Positions 1 through 13,975 are shown, numbered from the stretch's first letter. The stretch: DNA of 64,000 nt from the human T2T-CHM13v2.0 reference genome, Homo sapiens (GCF_009914755.1 NC_060927.1); one strand, 5' to 3'. Translations and numbers: made by a program. The notes: a model not told the origin generated them from the letters alone.

Positions 1-26
1 TCTCAAAAAAAAAAAAAAAAAAAAAA
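1..26 (+). mobile_element. 3' end and poly(A) tail of an Alu truncated by the window edge
   Basis: TCTC followed by a long A run, as in the Alu terminus ...GTCTCAAAAA. Confidence 0.75.
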
Positions 27-1850
27 TCTAGATATGGACTTCGCTACTACAGATACATATTTTTTCTTTCATTTCTTTTTTTTTTTTTTAACTTTCTCTG
101 AGTAATGGAGTGGCCGTAATGCTACCACTTCACTCTCAACAATAAATTGAAACAAGTCAGAGAAACTACAAGATAATCAGTGTTGACAGAAGATGATTGG
201 TCATGCAATCAGCAAAGGCATTCATTTTGTCCGTATCTTTGGAGGATATCACTGACCAATTTTGATAACATAGTTTGTAGATTAAGGTAACTGCTATTTT
301 TTGAGAATTATTTTTTAACTTCATTTACAATATAGGAATACTTATTTAGAAAAGCAAACTTCCCACTGCTCTGGAAGCAGAAGCTGACAGCAGTCAGGTT
401 GGTGTTGTAAACCCTAGTTGACTTATGAAGTCATCCATTACTTTGTCTAATTTTGATCAAAAGGCAGTGTACATATTTCTTCAGATCACTTGAAAACAGA
501 GAGCCTACAATGCCATTTCGCAATGATATTTATTATCATAAACTGATTGTATTTTAGCCTGACATTAGAAATATAAAGATGTTTGTTTGCCGTTTTTTCT
601 TTTACAGCATAGCTTCAAATCTATCTTCTCAACAGTGTATTAAATGTCATTGTCAATTTCCATAGACTCAGAATGTAAAGTAGGAAAATGTAACATTTGT
701 GAGTGGAACTGGGGAATTGGTGTGAAAATAACCATGAGCAGTCATCTATTAACAGGTTACTAAATAAGAAATCTGTCTTAAAGAGGGCGTTAGTTTTATT
801 AACAAAAGTGCTTCAATAAAAAACTTACATTCCTCTAGAAAATCCTGATTTGATAGACATGACATTGTTATATTTTTAAATAAACTCCCCAGGTGATTAT
901 TATGCCCACACAATTTTGAATGCCACTGTTTTAGAATCTAGCATTCTATACTTTGTGTTCTTAGGCCTTAGCAGTAACCCTAGAACACAGATCTATGTGG
1001 ATGCAACTAACATGTTAATTACAGGCTTTGCTTGTTTGTTTGTTTTTAAACATGAGAACATTTTATAAGATGTGGAGTTGCTTATCAGAAAGCTTGTTTC
1101 AAACTATTTTGAAAGAGGTTTTCCATAGAGAAAACCTGAAATTGACTAGAAGGAGGTGATAGCTAGGAAGGCTTATTAGTCTATGCCTATTTTCTTGTGT
1201 TCCTGCCCCTTAGTAGGTAAACAGTAAATATTTGTTGATTGAGTATGAAAGTGCTTGGGGAAAGCAGTAAATATTGACAGAAAAATTATTTTCAAGATGA
1301 ACTTGTGTTATGAAAAATATAAACTTAAAGTAGTTTTCCAGTACTGTAATGACAACCAAGAAAGGGAAACCTATCATAACCTGCTATGATTTTATTTAAC
1401 ATTATTTAATAAGTACTTTAGCAGAATTTAAAATTTTCCTACTTATGTCCTGTTTGGGTATTTTCATTTTCCATGACCTTTCAGCTGCTCTACTAGGTGT
1501 GATTTTTGCTGACTTGCCCATGAACTGCAGATAATAGAAGGTGGTATATTAGATTTTACTAAAAAGTGGAAGATGAAGGGATGTGTACTCACAGCCTTTC
1601 TCTCTGAATTACGTTGTTTTTGGAAGAGCTTCTTAGATGCTCCATCTGCCTCTGGTGCAAGACAGCAGGCCACATGTGGCCTCCTTTCTTTGAAGCAAAG
1701 GCTTCACTAGGCCCTATATCAAATGAAAATGTTTGTTTTATTTAAGTCAAGAACTCAAATGCATATTTTTAATCAGTAGTTAAGTCTAGAGTTATAGTAG
1801 GCTTTTATTTCTTTGGTGGGGATATTGTTTTATCTCAGCAAGGTCAATGA

Positions 1851-2157
<307 letters not shown>

Positions 2158-2328
2158 TGTCACAGTGACACAAAAAGACTTTTATAAATGCAGTATTTTT
2201 TTAAAATAAAATTAGATTAGGCAATTAAGATGTGTTGCAATTTGGATTGGGAAGGCACTAGCCTGTGTTCAGCCTAGCCACTTAATTACAAAACTTTTCC
2301 TTTTAAACAGTAGTTTAATAGTCTATAG

Positions 2329-2535
2329 TAGAGATTGGCAAACTGTGGTCACCAGCTGCTGCCTGTTTTTGTAAATAAAGTTTTATTGGAACATAGCCAC
2401 TCTCATTTGTTTATGTACATGTCAATGGTTTGTGCTACAATAACAGAATTGAGTTTTTGTCACAGACCATCTGGCTCCCAAAGCCTGAAATATTGGCTCT
2501 CTGGCCCTTTAGAGAAAAATTTGCTGACACTTTTT
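2329..2535. mobile_element. MER58-family hAT-Charlie DNA transposon
   Basis: GGCAAACT...CCTGTTTTTGTAAATAAAGTTTTATTGGAACA...TGGCCCTTTA...TTTGCTGAC matches the recalled MER58 consensus; terminal inverted repeats are degraded. Confidence 0.8.
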
Positions 2536-2860
2536 CTATAAATAATATAATTTAGCTTGGTGCCCTTGGCCCCTAATTAAAAAAAAATTCTAATAAGCTT
2601 TTGATATTTCACTTCTACTTTATGGTTTATACATAGCAAGACTATCACCTACATTTTTCAAGGAAGAATTGTAAAAGACTCACCTTGAAATTCATAATAA
2701 TTTTGTATCAGGAAGAAGTCATGTATGAAAATTATATGAAACATTTATATTTTACCTTGTAGCATTTAAAAGATTTCTTCTTTCTGGGTAGTTAAGATTA
2801 TGAATTAGATTGAATTAAGTGAGATGTAGCATTTTTACTGTATTAATCCTGTTTTTTTAG

Positions 2861-2985
2861 TTGTCTGTGAGACGGAAGTTTTACTAAAAGAGCTGGAGCA
2901 AATGCTGCAGCAAGCACTGCAACCCACAGCCACACCTGATGAATCAGAAGAAGGACATGGAGAGGAAATAAATATGGGAGAAAAG
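2861..2985 (+). CDS. ZCWPW2: ZCWPW2 penultimate coding exon (125 nt; phase 1 in, phase 0 out): (V)VCETEVLLKELEQMLQQALQPTATPDESEEGHGEEINMGEK
   Basis: Acceptor GTTTTTTTAG ending at 2860 and donor AAG|GTAAT at 2986; open frame; joins in frame with 6396-6557; peptide matches the recalled ZCWPW2 (zf-CW/PWWP protein) C-terminal region. Confidence 0.9.
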
Positions 2986-3739
2986 GTAATATTGATAGTT
3001 ATTTTCAGACCTAAATAACAACTTCAAATTCTTTAAACAGCAGAATTGTTCCTAGTTGTACATTTTAAATATATAAAAAACTCTTTTCATGTCTGAAATT
3101 TGAGTCCTTGATTATCATGAGGTAAATAATAAACTAGTAACCTGTTAAGAAATCAAAACACATCTATCAGGATTTGAAAAACAATCTGTGTTTAAGTAGA
3201 GGATTTCTTTTAATTTTAAATCTTTGGGATTGGAGTGAAGAAAGATGGATGATGCTCACTATAGCTGAAGTAGGCCACTCCAGAGAGAATTCCTCCTTGC
3301 TGCCAATCTTTACAGTCAGGAGAGGGGGCCAGGATACCAAGAGCTCACTGGAAAATCTGCCCCGTCTGGATTATGTACCAAGATAATCTCTACAGGGACA
3401 AACCTTATCATTAACATACGGGAGGTAGAATTTTTCACTGGAATAAGTTTTACCATTTATATGTAGACTCCTCCTTTTTTAATTTTTTCATTTGGCTTTC
3501 TATGTTGAACTCAGAAAGGCCAAATGTGCTTACTTTATTCAGTGTCTCTGCAATAAAATGAGTTTGTGATACAAGGCTCATGCCATTAGTACAGAGCAGC
3601 GATGTGGTAGGTATGAGAAAAAGAAGTCATAGGGTAGACACTTTCACGTGGCAATGCAGCTGTTCCCTAACTAGGAAAAAAAATGGCAGTGAGGAGTTCT
3701 GTAACCTTAAGGCTTTATTCATTCATTCATTTAGGTACA

Positions 3740-3890
3740 CAATGTGCCTGGAGTCAAGAGAGCATATTGACACTGACTCTGAAATATAATCCTGTGTCCC
3801 AATCCTGGTCCTGCCAATAAGGACTTATGTAATTTGAAAAAGTGGCTTATCACTTACCTCAGAGGATTGTTTTGAGGATTAAATTTGGTA
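3740..3890 (+). mobile_element. MIR fragment, interrupted by the L1 at 3891 and resuming at about 4150-4200
   Basis: CTTACCTCAGAGGATTGTTTTGAGGATTAAAT MIR core; AAAGTGCTT continuation after the L1. Confidence 0.6.
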
Positions 3891-4141
3891 ACAAACACCG
3901 CATGTTCTCACTCATAGGTGGGAATTGAACAATGAGAACACTTGGACACAGGAAGGGGAACATCACACACTGGGGCCTGTCATGGGGTGGAGGGAGAGGG
4001 GAGGGATAGCATTAGGAGACATACCTAATGTAAATGACAAGTTAATGGGTGCAGCACACCAACATGGCACATGTGTACATATGTAACAAACCTGCATGTT
4101 GTGCACATGTACCCTAGAACTTAAAGTATAATTTAAAAAAA
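3891..4141 (+). mobile_element. 5'-truncated L1PA (about L1PA4-6) 3' end
   Basis: CATGTTCTCACTCATAGGTGGGAATTGAACAATGAG...CCCTAGAACTTAAAGTATAAT plus A tail; TGGTAA at both flanks may be a remnant target-site duplication. Confidence 0.92.
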
Positions 4142-6395
4142 TGGTAAACCAGGAAAAGTGCTTTGCATAGGAACAAACACCCAAGGTTTGGCTATTATTA
4201 AAGACTGAAAATTGGCAATGGCAGTTGCTAGAGAGAATAAGTGCTTAGATTTTCTTACTTCATCTCTCTTTTCCCACATTCACAATTTGAGCAACTGCCT
4301 ATCTCGAAGTCTGTCTGTTCCTAGATGTAGAAAAAGATGGATTTATAAATGGACAAAGGGGTTTATACCTTTAAGCAGACTGCCCAGTTGTATGATTTCA
4401 TTCAGAATGTCAATAAAAATAGATTATTCGTAAACATGTCCTTTATTGAGTTAGAAATTAATAAAATATACAGAATGTACTACTATGGAGATTATTATGC
4501 TAAAGGAAAGTAATATTAACGTTAAGAACTCCTACTTAGTTGAAAAACATAACTTTCTTAATCAGCATCAGCAATATCAATTTTTACCTGAATGTTCATG
4601 GGTTGTAAATGCTACTTTTCCAGTTGGGTTCCTTTCCAAAAAAAAAGACTTGTTTTCTATGTATGGGTCTTTTGCAGAACAAGACCTGCAGATTGGTATC
4701 ATACATCCTATATACGTATAATTAATATACAAATTATTCTTTTTCAGCAAATGTGTGTTTTATTCGAATACCATATGGTTTTGTGCAGTGTTTTTCAGTG
4801 TTAGCGGTTTCTTTTCAAAAATACAGCCAGATTGATCTTTATAGCGATGTCCTGGAGCTTTTATAGGCACAGAATTGACTTCTGTTTTGCCATTATAAGT
4901 AGTAACTTGATAGAACAGAGAAATACTTCTGATTTTTATTTCTTAAGGTAAAATACATAGCTTTAACCCATCACCAGGCAGGAGACTGCTTGTTGTTTTA
5001 GATTGTTGTATTATTTTATGCTTTCAAACAGCATTTCAGAAGTGTAAAAATTAGCAATTTTAACTGGCTAGTGTGCAGGTGAGTGCCTCCTGGTTACTGA
5101 TTCATAAGCACTCTGCACGCTGAGCTTTGTAAGTCTGGCATTCATGCCAGATTCAGGATATTTGGGTTCTTGTTCACTTTTAAATGAGGAGAATAACAGT
5201 GAAACCAACTAGCAAAGCTGGAGAAATTTCAGTTTAAAAGTAAAGAAGTAATCACATGTTGGATTTCATTTATTTATTTATTTATTGTTATTAGAAATAA
5301 TTAATATGTCTCCCAAAAACAACTCCACTTAAAGCTGGAGATGTGTTGTTTTTAGGGGAGGGTGGCCTCTTATAAGTTAAGTACTCCAAAGAGACCTCTA
5401 AGAATTTTAAAGTCCTGAGCATGTTGATTCTCTGAGCAGATATTGTATAAGCTGTTTTCAAAGTTGTAAATTTGATAATGTTTTCATCATTCATTTCACC
5501 TGTGAGTTTTCAATTGGATTATCTCAGGCATTTACATCAATGGATGAGAGTAAAAACATGGAAAAAAGCTTATACACATAGATAATCAAAACTCATTTCT
5601 ATTTGTCATTGAAATGTTTTATGAAATTATTTTCCTACATAGAGTCACCTTCCTAATTATGTTCTTCTTAAGCTAATATTAACATTGGGTGACATGCCTT
5701 GACTTGGCAAGCAATCGGAGGAAATAAATTTTAGATTTTTATAAATCCACCTGAATAATTCACAAATTGAATAATCCATACACAAATAAAACAGAGTTTA
5801 CTGAAAAATTATTTCTATAAAAGGGTACATTTTTGTTATGTGAAAATATTTATATGAACTACATATATACTTTTTCCCTTGAATTACATGGGAAGTGAAC
5901 CCTATCTTTAATAAACTCTGAAGTTATAAATCAAATAAATCCACATATGCATTGTTTTTACTAGTATCCTTTCCCACTAAGCAAGAGCAAATTATCACTA
6001 TTTTTAAGTAATGCAGATGACCTTTTGACAAGATGACCACAGAAAATGTGACTAAAACAGTCACATTTTAAGTTGTATTCCCTATAACAATAATGTAAAA
6101 AATAAAACAACATAGAAAACTCACATAGAATTAGAATTATCACATTTTTCCAGAGCATAAAATTAAAACTAAAAATGTATAAGGCTGGGGAATAGACACA
6201 GACCTAAATAATAACTTTTTCTTATATTAACACATTCATCCTGCATTATACTATATATAGTGATTATTATTTGAACACTAGAATAACAGAAAAGTTTGTG
6301 TAGCTAATGTGGCTTGCAGAATTACTACTTTATGTTTTGTTCAATAATCAGGTAAATTTGACATAGTTCCGATTAATTATATGGTTGTTTTGCAG

Positions 6396-6557
6396 TTATC
6401 TAAATGCAGCCCAGAAGCTCCTGCAGGCAGTCTGTTTGAAAACCACTATGAAGAGGACTATCTTGTAATTGATGGGATAAAATTAAAAGCTGGAGAATGT
6501 ATTGAGGATATAACTAATAAATTTAAAGAAATAGATGCTTTGATGTCTGAGTTTTAG
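6396..6557 (+). CDS. ZCWPW2: ZCWPW2 terminal coding exon: LSKCSPEAPAGSLFENHYEEDYLVIDGIKLKAGECIEDITNKFKEIDALMSEF*
   Basis: Acceptor GTTGTTTTGCAG ending at 6395; 162 nt open in phase 0 to TAG at 6555-6557; matches the recalled ZCWPW2 C-terminus. Confidence 0.9.
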   Translation, partial: LSKCSPEAPAGSLFENHYEEDYLVIDGIKLKAGECIEDITNKFKEIDALMSEF

Positions 6558-7010
6558 AACATTATACATTTTTCAAATTAATTATAAAAATATTGGCATC
6601 TTTATATTTATCCAAAGTTAAAACTTTAAAAATGTTTAGTGAAATAGGTATAAATTATACCAAAGTTTATATTTGCGGTAACTTTCTACTTCATATTTTG
6701 AGAATGGCCATGATTTTTAGAGCCAGTCAAATGGTATTTAAGTTAGTGTTAAAAATTTAGAATTAAAAAACCCTGATATTTGTATTTATATATTTCTTGT
6801 TTGCCTTAATTTTTAAATGGTTTGTGAAATTTGCCTAACAAACATATGTTTTATAATGATTGTTTAGGCCCTTTGTTCAAAAATGGATAACTTAAAATGG
6901 CTGGCCAAGCTATTATAATTCTCAGAGGTAATTCAAATCTAATAAACTTAGAGAATGTATATTTGCAGTGGAATCAAACTATTACAAAATAAAAGGAAAT
7001 AATTTTTTAA
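6558..7010 (+). terminator. ZCWPW2: ZCWPW2 3' UTR with candidate poly(A) signals AATAAA at 6941-6946 and 6988-6993
   Basis: AT-rich sequence after the stop codon; two canonical hexamers followed by U-rich sequence; the true 3' end cannot be fixed from sequence alone. Confidence 0.6.
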
Positions 7011-7859
7011 ATAATTGTTTAATAGAGTTGAAACTTTTCCTAAAAAGCAAAATTTCACTTGCTACTTCTACTGGAATCAGTTATTTCAACCATGGTACCC
7101 AAAACTGACTGCTTAATAGAGTCTCTGGGAGATTTTGGAAGATCAAAATCCTGGACCCTTCCCTGCTGAATCAGTGTCTTTGGAGGTATCATCAGGAAGA
7201 TGGAAAAATGTAATTTAAAGTGTATAGAGAGAAGTTAAACATATTGATTATAAGAAATCTAACAATATAGAAAGTAAAAACTCATCATTTTTCAGGGATT
7301 CTCATGAACAGTTTTAGTAGATATCCTTCTAGATCTTGCTTTACATACACTGAAATGTGTGGGCATTCACACCTATCTTTAGTTCCTGCTCTATCTCTTT
7401 CTGGTGGTACGGGGTGGGGAAAAGGGCATTCCAAGCACATAAAAACCAAAGCTTGAGGAGAGAAGAAGTGCACGAGAGCATCACCACAGCGGTGAATTTT
7501 ATTGTGAGCTGCCTCATATTGCTTTAACAAGGAGGCAGCACATGTCTAGATATTAAAAACAAATAAGACACCAAACAACCAACGTGTCACTCATTGAGTG
7601 GGTTGCTTCTTTTAAGTATTTTTAGATTCTATGATAATTACGTAGAGTGGAGAGTGGAGATAGACTCACAACGGTGAAATATCTTATTTGTCAAAGTAAA
7701 GTATGTATGTATTTCTGTCCTCCTTGTTTTCCTCATGTATTCCTTAGCATTCTGATATTGTGTCATAGGATGTTGAGTTGTAAAGCCTATCTGGGTTCAT
7801 ATTTTACATACTAGCTTGTCTTAAGTCATATAACCAGTAAATAGAAGGCCTGGAAGTTG

Positions 7860-8050
7860 AGTACATCTCTGTCAGGTTCCAGATCCCATGCCATTGATTA
7901 TCATCTATAATGTCTTGATGAAGCTTTTAACTAGCTGGGTGGTGGAATGATAATCTAGTTTCCTCATATGTAAAATGGGGATGGAACTATGCAAACCAAG
8001 CACTGTTGTGAGGAATAAATGAGATATTTTTTGTGAAAGTGGTTTGTAAA
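7860..8050 (+). mobile_element. MIR
   Basis: AGTTTCCTCATATGTAAAATGGGGAT...GTTGTGAGGAATAAATGAGAT MIR core. Confidence 0.75.
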
Positions 8051-8691
8051 TCAATTTGATCTTCTGTTTACTCTTTGCAAAGAGAACCAAGTATGTGTTT
8101 AAATATATTGCAATTAATAATTACTGAGATAAAATGTAACTATACATTTGAAATGATCAGTTTTCTTTCTGTTATATCATTTAATCTACTACTCATCAAT
8201 ATCAGAGTTCTTTCTTTCTCATTTATAAAATTAATCTTTGGAAACCATCACAAGCAACATTATGATCTTCTGTCTATCTTTTAAGGTACAGCTCACTGTT
8301 GAGTTTTAGAAATGGCTTTAAATAACTTTGCTTTCTTAATAGACATTCAGTTAAAAAGTGAAAGGTGGGGGAAAGTCTTAGTTTTGATGAGTAGTGGCTG
8401 GTTTCTGTGTCATTTTGGATCCACTTCAGCAAATGGCCAAATGCCTTTTGCAGGAAAGCCATGCTGTTTTTAAGGATGTGTTCCTGCAGCAAGTTGGAAT
8501 TTGGGCCCAGGCTCAAAATAACTTTTGAAAATCAGGAAGTTCACCAAAATATTTGATCAGCATTAGGCTCCTTCATTGTTGACGCTTCCTTATTATGACA
8601 TGTAGTGAATTTCCATAAATCTTAAATTTTATGAAATGAACTTCTTGCAATTTGCAGAGGAAAAGGAGAAGTCAGGAGAGAAGTGTATGTA

Positions 8692-11556
8692 TTTACTTTT
8701 ATTTATTATACTTTAAGTTCAGGGATACACATGCAGAATGTGCAGGTTTGATACATAGGTATACACGTGCCATGGCGGTTTGCTGCACCCATCAACCCAT
8801 CATCTACATTAGTTAGGTATTTATCCTAATGCTATTCTTCCCCTAGCCCCCCACCCCCAACAGGCCCTGGTGTGTGATATTCCCCTCCCTGTGTCCATGT
8901 GTTCATTGTTCAGCTCCCATTTATGAATGAGAACATGAGATGTTTGGTTTTCTGTTCCTGTGTTAGTTTACTGAGAATGATGGTTTCCAGTTTCATCCAT
9001 GTCCCTGCAAAGGACATGAACTTATCCTTTTTTATGGCTTCATAGTATTCCATGATGTGTATGTGCCACATTTTCTTTATCCAGTCTATCATTGATGGAC
9101 ATTTGGGTTGGTTCCAAGTCTTTGCTATTGTGAACAGTGCTGCAATAAACATATATGTGCATGTGTCTTTATAGTAGAATGATTTATAATCCTTTGGGTA
9201 TATACCCAGTAATGGAATTGCTGGGTCAAATGTTATTTCTGGTTCTAGATCCTTGAGGAATCACCACACTGTCTTACACAGTGTGGAACTAATTTAGTGG
9301 TTGAATTAATTTATACTCCCACCAACAGTGTAAAAGTGTTTCTACTTCTTCACATCCTCTCCAGCATCTGTTGTTTCCTGACATTTTAATGATTGCCATG
9401 CTAACTGGCGTGAGATGGTATCTCATTGTGGTTTTGATTTGCATTTCTCTAATGACCAGTGATGATGAGCTTTTTTTCATATGTTTGTTGACTGCATAAA
9501 TGTCTTCTTTTGAGAAGTGTCTGTTCATATCCTTGGCCTACTTTTTGATGTTTTTTTTTTCTTGTAAATTTGTTTAAGTTCTTTGTAGATTCTAGATATT
9601 AGCCCTTTGTCAGATGGGTAGATTGCAAAAATTTTCTCCCATTCTGTAGGTTGCTTGTTCACTCTGATGATAGTTTCTTTTGCTGTGCAGAAGCTCTTTA
9701 GTTTAATTATATCCCATTTGTCAATTTTGGCTTTCATTGCCCTTGCTTTCGGTGTTTTAGTCATGAAGTTTTTGTCCATGCTTATGTCCTGAATGGTATT
9801 GCCTAGATTTTCTTCTAGGGTTTTTATGGTTTTAGGTCTTACACTTAAGTCTTTAATCCATGTTGAGTTAATTTTTGTATAAGCTGTTAAGGAAGGGGTC
9901 CAGTTTCAGTTTTCTGCATATGGATAGCCAGTTTTCCCATCACCATTTATTAAATAGGGAATTCTTTCCCCATTGCTTGTTTTTGTCAGGTTTGTCAAAG
10001 ATCAGATGGTTGTAGATGTGTGATGTTATTTCTGAGGCCTCTGTTCTGTTCCATTGGTCTATATATCTGTTTTGGTAACAGTATCATGCTGTTTTGGTTA
10101 CTGTAGCCTTGTAGTATAGTTTGAAGCCAGGTAATATGATGCCTCCAGTCCACCTTTGTTCTTTTTGCTTAGGATTGTCTTGGCTATACGGGCTCTTTTT
10201 TGGTTCCTCATGAAATCTAAAGTAGTTTTTTGTAATTCTGTGAAGAAAGTCAATGGTAGCTTGATGGGGATAGCATTGAGTCTGTAAATTACTTGGGCAG
10301 TATGGCCATTTTCACAATATTAATTCTTCCTATCCATGAACATGAAATGTTTTTTCATTTGTTTGTGCTCTCTCTTATTTTCTTCAGTGGTGGTTTGTAG
10401 TTCTCCTTGAAGAGGTCCTTCACATGTCTTGTAAGTTGGATTCCTAGGTATTTTATTCTCTTTGTAGCAATTGTGTATGGGAGTTCACTCATGATTTGGC
10501 TCTCTGCTTGTCTATTATTGGTGTATAGGAATGCTTGTGATTTTTGCACATTGATATTGTAACCTGAGACTTTGCTAAAGTTGCTTATCAGCCTTAGGAG
10601 ATTTTGGGCTGAGATGATGGGGTTTTCTAAATATACAATCATGTCATCTGCAAAAAGAGACAATTTGACTTCCTCTCTTCCTATTTGAATACCCTTTATT
10701 TCTTTATGTTGCCTGATTGCCCAGGCCAGAACTTCCAATATTGTGCTGAATAGGAGTGGTGAGAGAGGACATCCTTGTCTTTACTGGTTTTCAAAGGGAG
10801 TGCTTCCAGCTTTTGCCCATTCAGTATGATATTGGCTGTGGGTTTGTCATTTGTCATAAATAACTCTTATTATTTTGAGATACATTCCATCAATACCTAG
10901 TTTATTGAGAGTTTTTAGCATGAAGGGATGTTGAATTTTATCTTATGCCTTTTCTGCATCTATTGAGATAATTATGTGGTTTTTGTCATCGGTTCTGTTT
11001 ATGTGATGGATTACATTTATTGATTTGTGTATGTTGAACCAGCCTTGCATCCCAAGTATGAAGCCGACTTAATCATGGTTAATAAGGTTTTTGATGTGCT
11101 GCTGGATTCAGTTTGCCAGTATTTTATTGAGGATTTTCACATCAATATTCATCAAGGATATTGGCCTGAAATTTTCTTTTTTTGTTGTGTCTCTGCCAGG
11201 TTTTGATATTAGGATGATGCTGGCCTCATAAGATGAGTTAGCGAGGAGTCCCTCTTTTTCTATCATTTTGAATAGTTTCAGAAGGAATGGTACCAGCTCC
11301 TCTTTGTACCTCTGGTAGAATTTGGCTGTGAATCCGTCTGGTCCTGGGCTTTTTTTGGTTGGTAGGCTATTAATTACTGTCTCAATTTCAGAACTTGTTA
11401 TTGGCCTGTTCAGGATTTGACTTCTTCCGGGTTTAGTCTTGGGAGGGTGTAGGTGTCCAGGAATTTATCAATTTCTTCTAGATTTTTTAGTTTATTTGCA
11501 TAGAGGTGTTTATAGTATTCTTTGATGGTAGTTTGTATATATGTGGGATCAGTGAT
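8692..11556 (-). mobile_element. L1PA7-like LINE-1, 5'-truncated (3' UTR plus distal ORF2)
   Basis: Poly-T/3' UTR at ~8692; minus-strand ORF2 peptides in the ORF track (MFIAALFTIAKTWNQPKCP; ...[13 protein letters not shown]... RT motif). Confidence 0.95.
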
Positions 11557-12037
11557 ATATACCCAAAGGATTATAAATCATTCTACTATAAAGAAACATG
11601 CACATGTATGTTTATTGCAGCACTGTTCACAATAGCAAAGACTTGCAACCAACCCAAATGCTTATCAATGATAGACTAGATAAAGAAAATGTGGTACATA
11701 TACACCATGGAATACTATGCAGCTATAAAAAAGAATGAGTTCATGTCTTCTGCAGGGACATGGATGAAAGTGGAAACCATCATTCTCAGCAAACTAACAC
11801 AGGAACAGAAAACCAAACACCACATGTTCTCATTCATAAGTGGGAGCTGAACAATGAGAACACATGGACACAGGGAGAGGAACATCACACACTGTGACCT
11901 TTTGGTGGGCAGCTGGCTAAGGGAGGGATAGCATTAGGCAAAATACCTAATGTAGATGATGGGTTGATGAGTGCAGCAAACCACCATGGCACGTGTATAC
12001 CTATGTAAGAAACCCACAACTTAAAGTATAATCAAAA
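11557..12037 (+). mobile_element. Second L1PA7-like 3' end, fused head-to-head with the preceding L1
   Basis: ATATACCCAAAGGATTATAAATC...ACTTAAAGTATAAT; reverse-complement counterpart of ~8700-9205. Confidence 0.93.
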
Positions 12038-12160
12038 ACTTTTAGAATGAATAAATGAATTCAGTAAAGTTGCAGGATACAACTTTAGTATACAAAGATG
12101 AGTAGTGTTTCTGCACACTGATAACAAACTAGATGAAAAAGAAATCAAGAAAGCAATCCC

Positions 12161-12493
<333 letters not shown>

Positions 12494-13860
12494 TTAATAA
12501 AATAAAATACCTAGAAATAAACTTAACCAAGGAGGTGAAAGACCTCCTACAAAACTACAAAACACTGATGAAAGAAATTGAAGAGCCAGAAGTAAAAAGA
12601 CACCCCAAGTTTATGGATTCAAATAATTGGTATTGTAAAAATGACATTACTACCCTAAGCAATCTACAGAGTCAATGCAATTGCCATCAAAACACCAATA
12701 ACATTCTTCACAGAAATAGGAAAAAAATTATAAAATTATAAAATTTACACAGAATGAAGAAAGAACTCAAATAGACAAAGCAATTCTGAGTAAAAAGAAC
12801 AAAGCTGGAAGCATCATACTACCAGATTTCAAAATATGCTACAAAGCTATAATAACAAAAACCACATTGTACTGGCATAAAAACAGACATAGAGACCAGG
12901 TGAAATATAATAGAGAATCCAGAAATTAATCCATGCATTTATGGTAATCTGATTTGTTATAAAAACACCAAGAACACTCTGTGATGAAAGGACAATCTCT
13001 TCAATAAATGGTGCTGGGAAAACTTGACATCCATATACAGAAAATGAAACTGGACCCCTATCTCTCACCATATATAAAAATCAAGTCAAAATGGATTAAA
13101 TACTCAAGACTCAAAGCTATAAAACTATTAAGAGAAAGCATAAAGGAAATGATTCAAGATCTTGGTCTAAGCAAAGATTTTAGGACCAAGAATTCAAAAG
13201 CACGGACAGCATAAACAAAAATAAATGGGACTATATTAAATTTAAAAACTTTTGCATAGCAAAGGAGACAATTAACTTAATGAAGAGACAAACTGATAAC
13301 CTGTAGAATAAGAGGAAATATTTGCTCATTTGGCAAGGGACCAATATCCAGAATATATAAGGAACTCAAGTATTCGACAGCAAACAAAACAATTAAAAAA
13401 TAAATAAACAATCTGATTAAAAGGTGGGCAAAAGTTCTGAATAGACACTCCTCAATGGAAGACAAAAGGCCATCAAGTATATGAAAAAAAAATGCTCAAC
13501 ATCACTAATTATCAGGAAAAATGCAAATTAAAACCACAATGAGATATCATCTCATCCCAGTTAAAATGGCTATTACAAGCCACAAAAAAAAAAAAAATGC
13601 TGATGAGAACGCAGAGTAAAAGGAACTCTTTAACACTATTGGTGGGAATGTGAATTAATACAGCCATTATGGAAAACAGTATGGAGGCTTCTAAAAAATC
13701 TAAAAATATAACTACTACACAATCCAGCAATTTCATTACTGGATATTTATCCGAAGGCATAAAAATCACTATATCAAAGGGATACCCATACACCCATGTT
13801 TCTTTCAGCACTATTGACAATAACAAAGATAGGGAATCAAACTTGGTGTCCACCAACAAC

Positions 13861-13975
13861 TGAATGGAGAAAGATAACTGTATATATACACACTGGAATA
13901 TTACTGAGTGGTAAAAAGTGAATGGAGAAAGATAACTGTATATATACACACTGGAATACTACTGAGCTGTAAAAA
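13861..13975 (+). repeat. About 58-bp tandem duplication inside L1MA
   Basis: TGAATGGAGAAAGATAACTGTATATATACACACTGGAATA(T/C)TACTGAG.. occurs at 13861 and 13919. Confidence 0.95.

Noticed and set aside
103-286. Possible exon after a polypyrimidine tract ending at AAG|GTAACT
   Set aside because: Weak acceptor, multiple stop codons and no match to the ZCWPW2 protein as recalled
8692-12037. Classical twin-priming 5' inversion
   Set aside because: Both arms contain the same 3' terminal sequence and a tail, which single-RNA twin priming does not produce; reported instead as a head-to-head fusion
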